Positions 24,001 through 36,925 of a DNA stretch of 64,000 nt are shown here, one piece after another. The stretch is taken from contig JANHCV010000016.1 in the NCBI GenBank assembly GCA_025594325.1, forward strand, positions 310,001-374,000. Direction: 5' to 3'. The DNA is from Blastocladiella emersonii ATCC 22665. Taxonomy: Eukaryota > Fungi > Blastocladiomycota. The notes below the pieces were generated by a model. That model did no database searches. It was not told the origin of the DNA and saw nothing but the letters and a program-made list of their open reading frames with translations. Each line of letters starts with the position of its first letter. Positions within the stretch are counted from its first letter, which is position 1. The position numbers and the translations under genes are program-made.

Positions 24001-24933
24001 TTGCAGATGTACGGGTGCCGCGTGGTGCAGAAAGCGCTCGAGCACGTGGACGGCGCGCAGCAAGCGCGGCTCGTGGCCGAGCTCGACGGGCGCGTCATCC
24101 AGTGCGTCAAGGACCAGAACGGCAACCACGTCATCCAGAAGGCCATCGAGCGCGTCGCGCCGCACCACGTGCAGTTCATCCTCGACGCGTTCCACGGGCA
24201 GCTCCTCGCCCTCGCCACCCACCCGTACGGGTGCCGCGTCATCCAGCGCATGTTCGAGCACTGCACCGACGCGCAGATCGCGCCGCTCCTCGTCGAGCTC
24301 CACGCCCACACGCCCGAGCTGCTCGTCGACCAGTACGGCAACTACGTGATCCAGCACGTCCTCGAGCACGGCAAGCCCGCCGACAAGCAGCGGCTCATCG
24401 CCCAGGTCCGCGGCCAGGTGCTCACGCACTCCAAGCACAAGTTCGCGTCCAACGTGGTCGAAAAGTGCGTCGCGTTCGGGACCCAGGCCGACCGCCAGAT
24501 GCTCGTCGAGGAGGTGCTCGTCAAGGACGCGGCGCCGCTCATCGCCATGATGAAGGACCAGTTCGCCAACTACGTGGTCCAGAAGATGCTCGACGTGGTC
24601 GAGGGCGACCAGCGCATTGTGCTCCTCACCAAGATCCGCCCGCACCTCCACTCGCTCAAGAAGTTCACGTACGGCAAGCACCTCATCAACAAGGTCGAGA
24701 AGCTGCTCGTCCAGACAGGGCTCGGGCTGCACCCGTCGAGCCCCGGCAACGGGTCCGCCAGCGGTCCGAGCTCGGGCAACACGTCGCCCATGTCCCCGCA
24801 CCACCACTACCACCACAACGGCCACCAGGGGCACTTCCACCACCACGGCGGCCAGCAGCAGCAGCAACAGCAGTTCCCGCCGTCGCAGTCAGCGCCTGGA
24901 AGCCCGCGCGGTGGCCACCACCACGACGCGTGA
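21061..24933 (+). CDS. PUF3: Pumilio/PUF3-type RNA-binding protein (about 1,241 aa); exons 21061..21231, 21299..21400, 21481..24933
   Basis: Eight PUF repeats with the canonical recognition code (SRFIQ, NYVIQ, CRVVQ, NHVIQ, CRVIQ, NYVIQ, SNVVE, NYVVQ). RSSSAPP lies in exon 2. The exon 2 acceptor is somewhat uncertain. Confidence 0.92.
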
Positions 24934-25421
24934 TCGCGACACTTCCCTACCCGTGTCCCGCTGACCCGCGTTGTTACACCTGCACATTGTTTGTCCTTCC
25001 TCGTCGTTGCTCCCATCCAGTGTACCATTCTCTCTCGCTCCCCTCTCTTCGCGCCCCTTACATAGCCCCTTCCCTCACTTGCTCTACCCCACCTTCAGAC
25101 CGCCGACATTGCTCCATCTTCTCCCTCTCCCCTCCCGCCCCCCGCTTTTACATAATACACGAAAACGAACATAGTCCCTTTCTTATTCCTCTTGGCCGCC
25201 TCCGAAAGAGCGGAAGGTCTGGTGCCTAGCGAGCTCGCGTGAGCTCGTCACAACAGCTGATCAATTTTCACTAGGATGACGATGGGCCAACTCGAACTGG
25301 TCGTTCTCATTCAGGTTGGACGAGCAAGGCTGTCGTCAACTTTGCAGAACGCTCAAGAATGACCGTGATCGGCTCTTCCTCGCGTCCGCGTACAGAATCC
25401 ATCAAGGCAGAGACTCGAACC

Positions 25422-25445
25422 TGGCCATGGCCATGGCCATGGCCA
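25422..25445. repeat. (TGGCCA)4 palindromic tandem repeat; second array at 25608..25627
   Basis: Directly visible; the hexamer is its own reverse complement. Confidence 0.8.
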
Positions 25446-25810
25446 TCGCTGCGGGCCACAGTCATCGTCGCGGGCCACGGCCCAGGTTGCAGCCTTGGTG
25501 GGCAGACGATGAGCGTACGCAGCTCGCCAATGGACAGCAACGACGCACTCGACAGACTCCTGGTTACCGCTGCAAACAACCAATCTACGTGGGAAATCGT
25601 GGCGCCAGGCCATGGCCATGGCCATGGTCGCGACCCCTGCCGCCTCAGCCATCCTTCCTGCTGGAACGCTTGGTGGCGGATGTATAAGCAAGAATATAGC
25701 TCTATGAGCTCGCATGATTTGGTAGGAAAATCAATTATATTCGTGCAAGCGCGCGCAAGCGCACCGCCACGCCATGGTCGCCGACGTTTGTGGGAGCACG
25801 ACGAGGAACG

Positions 25811-28087
25811 CTAGACGTACCACTCCTCGTTGAGGTACGCCGCCGTGACGAGCCCCTTTTTCCACGGCGGACTCGATTGATTGAGCTTGAGGACCTGGCG
25901 GCAAACCCAAGCGGGATCAGTGGGAAGCAGCTCTTCAAGAAACAGTTCCTTCGTTGACATGGTCCAGGTGCAGTGAGCGGGGTCAGCGACCTCCGCAGCG
26001 ACGCGCACGCGTAAATTCTCATCCGCTGAGAGAAAGGTCGGCCGCTTGAAGGCGGCGAGCCACGCGCGCCTGAGCTCGCCGGGATAATGGGAGAGGAGAG
26101 TGTGGAGCGCAAACCGCCACGGCGTCCACGACTTGGGCGCGTCGGGATGAAGCACAATATCGAGGCCGTTGAGAGAAGCAGAGGCCGGGCACTCCTCGTG
26201 CTTCAAGAGAAGGAGCGAGAGGAAGCAGGACGCTGACGTGGTACGAGTGCGGAGAATCCCCGCTGGACGGGCGACGATTTGGAGGGCCTCGGCATGGTGA
26301 TCGGGGTGATTCAACATGTACACCAAGAGGTCGGCGAGCTGGAATACCGCGTCCGAGCCCAGGGGAACGCTAGTGATGTGGCCTTGGAAAAAGAACTGTT
26401 TGAAGAGCAACGCGGGATCGTGCGAGTATGGCGGATCAAGCAAAACCTGGCAAATGTGTGGATGATCGCGGAGAATGTGGCTGCACCAGTGCGGGTCGCG
26501 GTCGGCGAACACGCTGAAGCAAACGTCGTTTTCGAGCAGCAGGGAAAGACCGAAAGCTTCAACATCGATGCTGAGCTCCAAGAAGAGTGATTTGTCGCCG
26601 GCGTCGCCGCTGTTGAACCTCTCTGGAACTTCGTCAAAGCTGCAGCGACAAAGGTCGCTCAGTGCTGGACAAGGGGCCGAGTTAGTGAGTAGATAGATGT
26701 ACCAGCCAGGAGTAGGCCATGGCTCACGAGTCAGAACGCACCGTAGATCAGCAATCGTTTGAAGCGGTTCGGGTGAAGCGTTTCCTTGGCAAGCTCAAAC
26801 ATTGAACGGTCGCAGCGGAGGAACGAACGCTTGAGCTGCCTCGAAAGCAAAGACTTCAGACCAAGGCCAACATTGACAAGTGGTCGAATCTCGTCAGGGG
26901 TAAGCCCTGCGCGAGGAAGGTGCGTCACAAGGGATAGCTCCAACAACTCATTATCGAGATCTTTGTGGCAGTACGCGTACAAGTCATTGCAGTCAGACGC
27001 GGACTTTGGGCTAGGGCAGGGCAATGAGCTGGGCTTGGAATCAAATGTGCGGTAAACTGTAGCAATCAGCTCGATATCCTTGCGGGGGGAGAACAACTTG
27101 AGCTTAAGGAGCGCCCCAGTTGTTCCAGCCATGGCGTTTGAGCCATTGAAGCTGCGCGAAAATGGAGCTGCTGCGCAGGTATTCGAGGTGGAGAGTATTG
27201 CAAAGTAAGTCCACGCCGGCATCGCTGAAAGAGAATTCGACTAGCAGCTCAGCAGAGCACCCGAACGGCTCCTGCATAAGTTGCGCAACCGAGTCAAAGT
27301 TCCATTCAAGCAGAGCGAGAATCGCCAAGAAGTCGACAAGGCTGATCCTGGAGGCTAGCTCGCATTGCTCCAACCACGTTTGAAGTCGGAGATTGCTTTC
27401 AACGTCTGGCTCGTAACCCGTGCGGCACAAATCAAGCATTTGAAAGGTTGGAGCGTGAAACGACGGCACATTGGCCTTGAGGTCCAGGACGAGGCGTTTG
27501 AGTAGGTCGAGCTCAGCCACCAGCGCAAGAAACGAGGCAATTTGTAAGGCGAGGACAATCGGATGCCATGCGGCGGCGCCCGCTGGGGTCGCACCGGCGG
27601 CCTCCACCACGGAAGTGACGTAGGCGGCTAGCTTGCCATCCCCGGCGTGAAGGAGACCGTGCTGTTGGAGGTCGGCACGAATGGCAAGAACGAGTCGATT
27701 GAGGAGCGCTTGCGTGATCGGGACCTTCGGCCGCTCGGCAGTTTCGCCTCGCAGCGTAGCAGCGCGGGCAGCACGATCCACGACCAAGAAGCGGGTCAGG
27801 TACTTGCTCAAGTGCGTCTCAATCGGCCCGCTTGGGAAGAGCCACTCCGGCACGACCCCGAGGGCCACGTTCTCGAGGACAACCAAGTGGCGAAGCCATG
27901 ATAACTGCAAGGTGCCAGTGGCGGCGAGCGAGTGGACCGTGCGCGAGGCCGCAGCGAGCAACGAGCGCGGCATGGCGAGCGCTACGACCCGCTCTAGCAC
28001 GTCGTAAGGCAAGTTTGCTTGAAGCATATAATTCATTGCATAGAGTTCGGTATGTTCATTCGCTTCATGTGAGCTGTTGGAGTTCAT
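25811..28087 (-). pseudogene. Disrupted orphan gene with a weak F-box-like N-terminus; three ORF-track segments joined by an apparent frameshift near 27110 and an intron at 26665..26741
   Basis: N-terminal LQANLPYDVLERVVALAMP. The GTGCGT...CACTAAC...CCAG intron joins 26731..27222 in frame to 25811..26581. ORF 27104..28087 overlaps the next ORF in a different frame. Region is visibly AT-richer than its neighbours. Confidence 0.5.
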
Positions 28088-29661
28088 GGAGGGGAGAGAG
28101 AGCGCTTGACCGGCGGCGGCCAGGGCGGCGGCTCGGCCTCAAGCGCTGACGAGCGGCCCGCAGCCGTTCCCTGCTCTCCCGCTCCCCCACCATTTACTAC
28201 GAATGAAATTAATAATACATGAACTTCATAGTCTTCACCGACCTGAAACTAAGAGTGGATCACGGCGCTTGAGCTGACAGCCGTAGACGAGCGACCTTCA
28301 CGGCGACTCTTGTGCTTGCGGCGCTCACTTTGACTTGTGATGTCTGCCTCGAACTGCGATCCGTGTTGTCCCAGGGAGTCGTTGTTAACCAGTTTGCTTC
28401 GGAGTATATGACCAACGCTTCGACTGAGAGCGGTGGTCGCGGTACTGGTCGACCGCTGGAGATCTCAGTTCGTACGAGCTGCTGCTGCTCCCGAGATGGC
28501 ATCCTTGCGAAGGTTGAGTCGCCAAGGTGACATGGATTGCAAGCAGTGCTCGACATCGCGGGAGCGCCTCGCGCGCTTCGTTAAGGAGTAGGATGGGGCA
28601 TGCGCCCCGACCACGGCGGGCCTAGCGCCAATGACTAAAGAGTACTTGGTTGAGCTCCAAGGCTGCGGAGACAAACCAGCTCGAGTTCGCTTGTTTTTAG
28701 TCATCCCTGGTCTCCATCGCGGCCCCGTGCTTGCGGCCCTTTATCCTTGCCTCAGCAATCCCCCGCCATCCATTTGATATCGCTGCGTGCTGATCTTGAC
28801 CTGTTCACCGTGATCATCGGCGGTGCCTGACTCCCCCAGAGCCGCGTTCCTGTTCTTGGTCGCCGAAGTGCGTCCGTTGGCGACGATGACCGCGTTGATG
28901 GCCATGGCCAAGTCATGAACGGTTCGGCTACCCTTTGGCCACGCGAGCCGGCTCAATGAGCAGTCAAGTCCCAATGAATAGTTCAAAGACGATACTCGGC
29001 GCTGGCCAAAGTGTGAAGTGGCCTCATCCGACTGAGCTGAAGGCGTGGCCAACGATCCTCGTTACTCGCGCCAGCATTCGCAAGACAATACACGCCTAAT
29101 ATGCACGCGCAATTAGGAAGCGAGAGTCCTCGGTCACCATGCTCAAACGTGCGCCGACCGCGCGCTTAGGGTACTCGCGAACTAAGCCGGCGGGATGGTC
29201 CGTGGCCATCGCCTCGGCTAGCCGGACGCGGCGACAGACGGCTCCCCCAGTACTCCTCGAGTTTGAGACGTTGATGTCCACTACGTTCCCATAGTGACCT
29301 TGGAGGCCAGGGATGGAGGGACGCGACGGAGGGTGGCGAAGGCGAGACTCGGGACAGGCGCGTGTGGCTACGGCACGTGGGCCGAGACGCGCGCCGACGT
29401 CGTCCCACCGCCGCCGCGGTCAGTGATTCGAGCCGCGGCCGCCTTCCCTCTTTTCTCCCCCGCCCCCGCCCATCAGCGACGCCACCCGACCCGCGCTACT
29501 TGCTGCATTCGCGCCCTCTCTCCCGCCTCGCCATCTCCCCCCGACCGACGCCGTACTCGTCACTGGCTGAGTGAGTGCGTGCGCGCTGTGCCGCCGCCCG
29601 TGGTCGATCGCCCTCAACTCACCCTCCCTCGTCTCCCTCTCTAGCAACCACCGCATCCGCC

Positions 29662-32767
<3,106 letters not shown>

Positions 32768-32846
32768 TCAGGAGGAGGAGGGGTAGACGAGGACGGGTGT
32801 TTTAGTGTGCCAACAAGAACAACAACTACGATATATATCTTCAGAT

Positions 32847-33248
32847 TTACACGGTCGTCCGCGCGCGCTTGGCCGATCCCTCTGCGGGCGCCGCAGCAGC
32901 TGGTGGCGCGACGGCGGCAGAAGCAGGCAGCGTCGCGTCGTCGTCCTTGTCGTCGTCCTCGTCGAGCTCGCTCTCTTCATCCTCCTCGTCATCCTTGGCA
33001 GCAGCCGCGCCCTTAGCAGCCGGCCCGTCGAGGTGCAGGCGCGCCGTGAGCGCCGCGTTGACCTGGTTCTGCAGCTCGAGCAGCGCGGCCGGGTACCCCT
33101 TCATCACGTCCTTGATGTCCGCCGAAACCGCGGGCGCCACGTCGACGGAAGCGAGCGGCGTGCGGTACGGCGACTCGGGGGACGACGCCGAGGGAACGCG
33201 CGCGTACGTCGCGGACAGGACGATCGGGGCGCTGGAGGACGAGGACAT
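32847..33248 (-). CDS. Small acidic protein (133 aa), candidate KEOPS subunit Gon7
   Basis: N-terminal IVLSATY, central YPAALLELQNQVNAALTARL and an acidic tail resemble the fungal Gon7 pattern (Y...L..LQ..IN.FLT.RM). Host-like codon usage. Confidence 0.55.
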   Translation of the reverse strand: MSSSSSAPIVLSATYARVPSASSPESPYRTPLASVDVAPAVSADIKDVMKGYPAALLELQNQVNAALTARLHLDGPAAKGAAAAKDDEEDEESELDEDDDKDDDATLPASAAVAPPAAAAPAEGSAKRARTTV

Positions 33249-33591
33249 GACTTTGCGGGGAGTCGGTGCGTGGTTCGAGCGTTGCATGGAGGGCGTTGAA
33301 GGTGAGGGGAGGAGAAGAGGGATCGGCCGAGGCGGCACGTGTGTCTCGCGTCCGGCTGTCTCGCACCTCGAGACGCGACGCGACGCGACACGACGCGTCC
33401 GCTTTCCGCCCGCCCGCCCGACGGCCGAAACTAACGAACAATGCATGCGGCCGCGATCCTGGACCGCGAGACACGCACGCGCCCCCCGCCGCGCGTACAT
33501 CCGCTTGGCGCGAGCTGACATGCGGGGCGACCTTCTTCGCCCAATGCGGACCCCCTTCATGCAACGCGTTCACTACTAGCTCTACGAGCAA

Positions 33592-35632
33592 ATGGATCCA
33601 CAAGAAGATGAATCGCGCGACCGCGTCGGCGGCACCTCCGGGCCCGTCTCCCCCTCGACCTCGCCGCCGCCGCGCCCGAGCCCGATCTCGACGGCCGCCG
33701 CGGGCGCCAAGTCGAGCAAGGGCAGCCTGACGGGATCAGGCACCGTGTACTCGCCCGGGTCGCGCAACATCATGTTCGGCGCCGAGACCAAGGGTGGGCC
33801 CGGACCCGCGGGCCTGCTCGCCGCCACCGCCGCGGTGCAGTCGCCGACCGCGGGCGCGTCCAAGGACTCGCTCAGCCCCTCGACGCGGTCCGCTGCACAG
33901 CTCGCATCGGCCGGGAGCGGGCTCAACTTGCCGACGGCGCGGACCGTCGGGTCGGCAGGGAGTAGGAACTCGCTCGTACCGCCTGCGCCGGCCCCCGCGG
34001 CGTCGTCGGGGATGGTCAAGAGCCCAAGCGGGGTCCGGTTCGATGGAGCCGCCGTGGAGGCGAGTAAGAAGAAGAAGAAGGTGTCTGGTACGCCCATCGC
34101 CCGTCCTACCAGAACGCCAACTGACTATCCCCCAAAACGCAGTCAAGCCGGCCGACATCATCTTCCCTCCCTCGCAAAAACTCGGCCTGCGGTTCTGGTT
34201 CACGGCGACGGTCCTGGTCCTATCCGTCCTCTCCTCGGTCGCCATGTGGGGCGTGACGCGGTCGCCGGGCGAGCTCGAGCTGGCCGCGCTCGTGCAGGTC
34301 GCGAGCGACTGGCGCCTGACGCAGATGCAGGACGAGGTGCAGCAGATTTTACTCGGAGCGCGCGGTCTCGTGCAGCAGCACCTGGCGCGGTGGACGGCCG
34401 GCGACGTGACGACGCTGGCCGAAGCGCGGCGCGACCTCCTCGCGCAGCTGCCGGCCACGCGCGACGTGTGGAGCTGCTCGGTCACGCTCGACGAGTCGAT
34501 GGCGGGGCTCTACGACATCCAACGCGAAAACGGCGGCCGGCTCGTGGCCTCGCTCGCGATCCGGAACGGCGTACGCACCGAGGCTTTCATCGACGCCGCA
34601 GGGAACACGGTCACGCCCATCTCGCAGGTTACCGGGTACTACCTCTCGGGCCAGGCGTGGTGGCAGGCGATCCAGGGGAGCCTCGCCGCGACGCGCGCGT
34701 ACGCGGCGGCCGCATCGGGTGGTGCGACTTCGCCCGTCGCCGTCTGGGACATGATCACGGTGGCCTCGCAGGTCGACTGGCTCGTCCTTGTCGCGCACAT
34801 GGCGCTGCCGTTCAACGGCACCGTGCCGTCGGACGCGCCGCCCGACGCGAAAAACATCACGGTCCACGCCGCCGTCAACTTCGACGGACTGACCGCCGCG
34901 CTCAACCTCGCGCTCGCCGACGGCGCCACAGCGTACCTCATTGACGCCACCTCGCTCGACCTCATCGCGTCTTCGACGGGCGTCGCGCTGCCCGCGTCCG
35001 CCAAGGCCGCCAACCTCCGCATGCCCCTCGCCAAGCTCGCGACGGCCAGCGCTGACGCCGTCCTCGCGGGCGTCGCGGCCGCTGTCGTCAGAACGCCGAG
35101 CAAGGCGCCGCTCACGGACGGCGCCGCGTGGCCGGTCGCGAGCTCGGCGGGTGGTGTCTACTACGCGCGCGTCCGCGCGCTCTTCAACTCGACGGCCAGC
35201 ACCGCGGCAGCGGGCCAGTGGACCCCACCATCCGCCACCGCCCTAAAAACCCTCCCCGCGTTCGGCCTAAACGTCGCGGGCCTGCCGCTGACCTGGATGC
35301 TGGTCCTGGTCGAGCCCGAGTCGGTGGTCGCGGGCCCGATCTCGCAGATGCGCGGCTCCCTGTTCCTCCTGTTCGCGCTGACGTGGGGCGTGCTGCTAGC
35401 GGTCGCGGGCATGGTGTCGTTCCCGGTCGCGCGGAAACTGAACCGGGTCGCGCTGACGGCGCTCGCGCTGGCCGCGGGCGTGAACCCCGACGTCGAGCTG
35501 CTGGCGAGCTCGGCGGCGCGCCAGCCGCGCGAGAACCGCGATCTCATGGCCGCGGTCGCGGTGCTCGTCACGCGGCCGTCGTTCAGAGAGTTCTTCTTCA
35601 AGTGGCGCAAGCGGCGGTTGGGCGGCGCGTAG
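33592..35632 (+). CDS. Two-TM membrane protein (661 aa) with a large extracytoplasmic Cache-like domain and a degenerate HAMP-like tail; intron 34088..34142
   Basis: Intron GTACGC...CTGAC...GCAG joins two ORFs. TM1 FWFTATVLVLSVLSSVAMW, about 350 aa of ectodomain ending WMLVLVEPES, TM2 LFLLFALTWGVLLAVAGMVSF, then a short tail. Confidence 0.7.
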
Positions 35633-35707
35633 CGAGTGTGGGGGATTGATTGAGAGAGAGACTATATATTGACAAGAAGTATTCAAACGGGGGCGGAGCT
35701 AATAGAT

Positions 35708-36631
35708 CTAGGCGTCCACCTCCATGGCACCCTCCTCGGCAGCGGCCTCCTCCGCGGCCGGCGCCGCCTCGGTGGACTCGGCCTCCTCGTCCTCGGAATC
35801 CTCGATCTCAGCGCGCATCGCGTCCCACTTGGACATGCGTTTCCGCTGGGCCTTGCCCTTGGACTCCTCGGCGCGGGCCTTCTTGGCCTCGAGCTCGGCG
35901 GGCGTCGCGGCGCGCGGCAGCGAGTTGTAGAAGGGGAGCGCGGGCGTGTTCTTCAACCGGAACCCGAGCGACAGGACCGACTCGAACCCGTGGCACCGCT
36001 TGGGCAGCGCCGCGGTGAGCGCCGACACCGCGTCCATGGCGTTGGCGAGCAGCTGGTCGGACGTGAGGTGCGCGAGGGACCCGACCGACACGTCGGTCAT
36101 GGTGCCCGTCGGCACGCTGAAGGGCACGGTGCGCAGCGCGGCCGCGAGCTTCTCCGGGGTGAACGTGTCGAGCACGATCGGGATCGGCACCTTCTTCGAG
36201 TCGTAGAACTTCTTGCCGAGCGCCTTGGGCAGCATCGGGATCACGCGGTCGTCGGCCAGGAACACGTCGTACGTGTCGCACAGCTCGCGCCGCGCCTCGT
36301 ACGTGGCGAACTTGGCGCGGAGCTTGGTCACGCCCAGCACGCGGGCGACCTTGACGCCGGCGTTCGCCAGCACCACCTTGGCGTCCGACTGCGGGTCCTT
36401 GACGAACACGCACACGGACGGCGACGCGGACCCGGACCCGGCCACGGGGCCGTGCGACAGCCGCGCGTACCGGTGCCGGTCCGGCTTGGCCTGCGGGATC
36501 GTCTTGAAGGCCACCGAAAGGTGCACCTCGCCGTCGTCCTCGATCAGCGCCGACTCGGCCGCGCGCGCGTGGTACGCGCGGAGCGCGTCCAGCGCCTTGA
36601 GCGCCTGGGCCTGGTCAATCGCGGTCGACAT
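35708..36631 (-). CDS. Ribosomal L1 domain-containing ribosome biogenesis factor (RSL1D1/Utp30/Cic1 family), 307 aa
   Basis: SVCVFVKDP, VLGVTKLRAKFATYEARRELCDTYDVFLADDRVIPMLPKALGKKFY..KKVPIPI, and PALPFY. Confidence 0.92.
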   Translation of the reverse strand: MSTAIDQAQALKALDALRAYHARAAESALIEDDGEVHLSVAFKTIPQAKPDRHRYARLSHGPVAGSGSASPSVCVFVKDPQSDAKVVLANAGVKVARVLGVTKLRAKFATYEARRELCDTYDVFLADDRVIPMLPKALGKKFYDSKKVPIPIVLDTFTPEKLAAALRTVPFSVPTGTMTDVSVGSLAHLTSDQLLANAMDAVSALTAALPKRCHGFESVLSLGFRLKNTPALPFYNSLPRAATPAELEAKKARAEESKGKAQRKRMSKWDAMRAEIEDSEDEEAESTEAAPAAEEAAAEEGAMEVDA

Positions 36632-36925
36632 GGTTTTGGTGGATGTTGCGGGGACCGTCGATTGCGTAGCTACGTCGGGTGTCGATGCGTCGTCGTCTTT
36701 CCTCTGCAAGGTGGCAGGCTGGCGAATGGGCGCTGGCACGCGGCGCCGCCTAGCGCGCGCGAGGGCTGGGCACCGCTGGGCAGAGTGGTCGAGGTCAGCT
36801 GATGCCGAGTGACCCGTTGCTACCCGCCCATCAGCCCTCTGATCACTCGCAGACGCGTCGCGCAAGCACACAAATAGGTCGCCGAGTATATATGGTACAA
36901 AATCAGTCAATCGTCGCAATCATCA

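Noticed and set aside
25197-25230. Hairpin followed by CTAG, resembling a Helitron 3' end
   Set aside because: The stem is imperfect, CTAG is not followed by T, and no matching 5' TC end or Rep/Hel fragment was seen.
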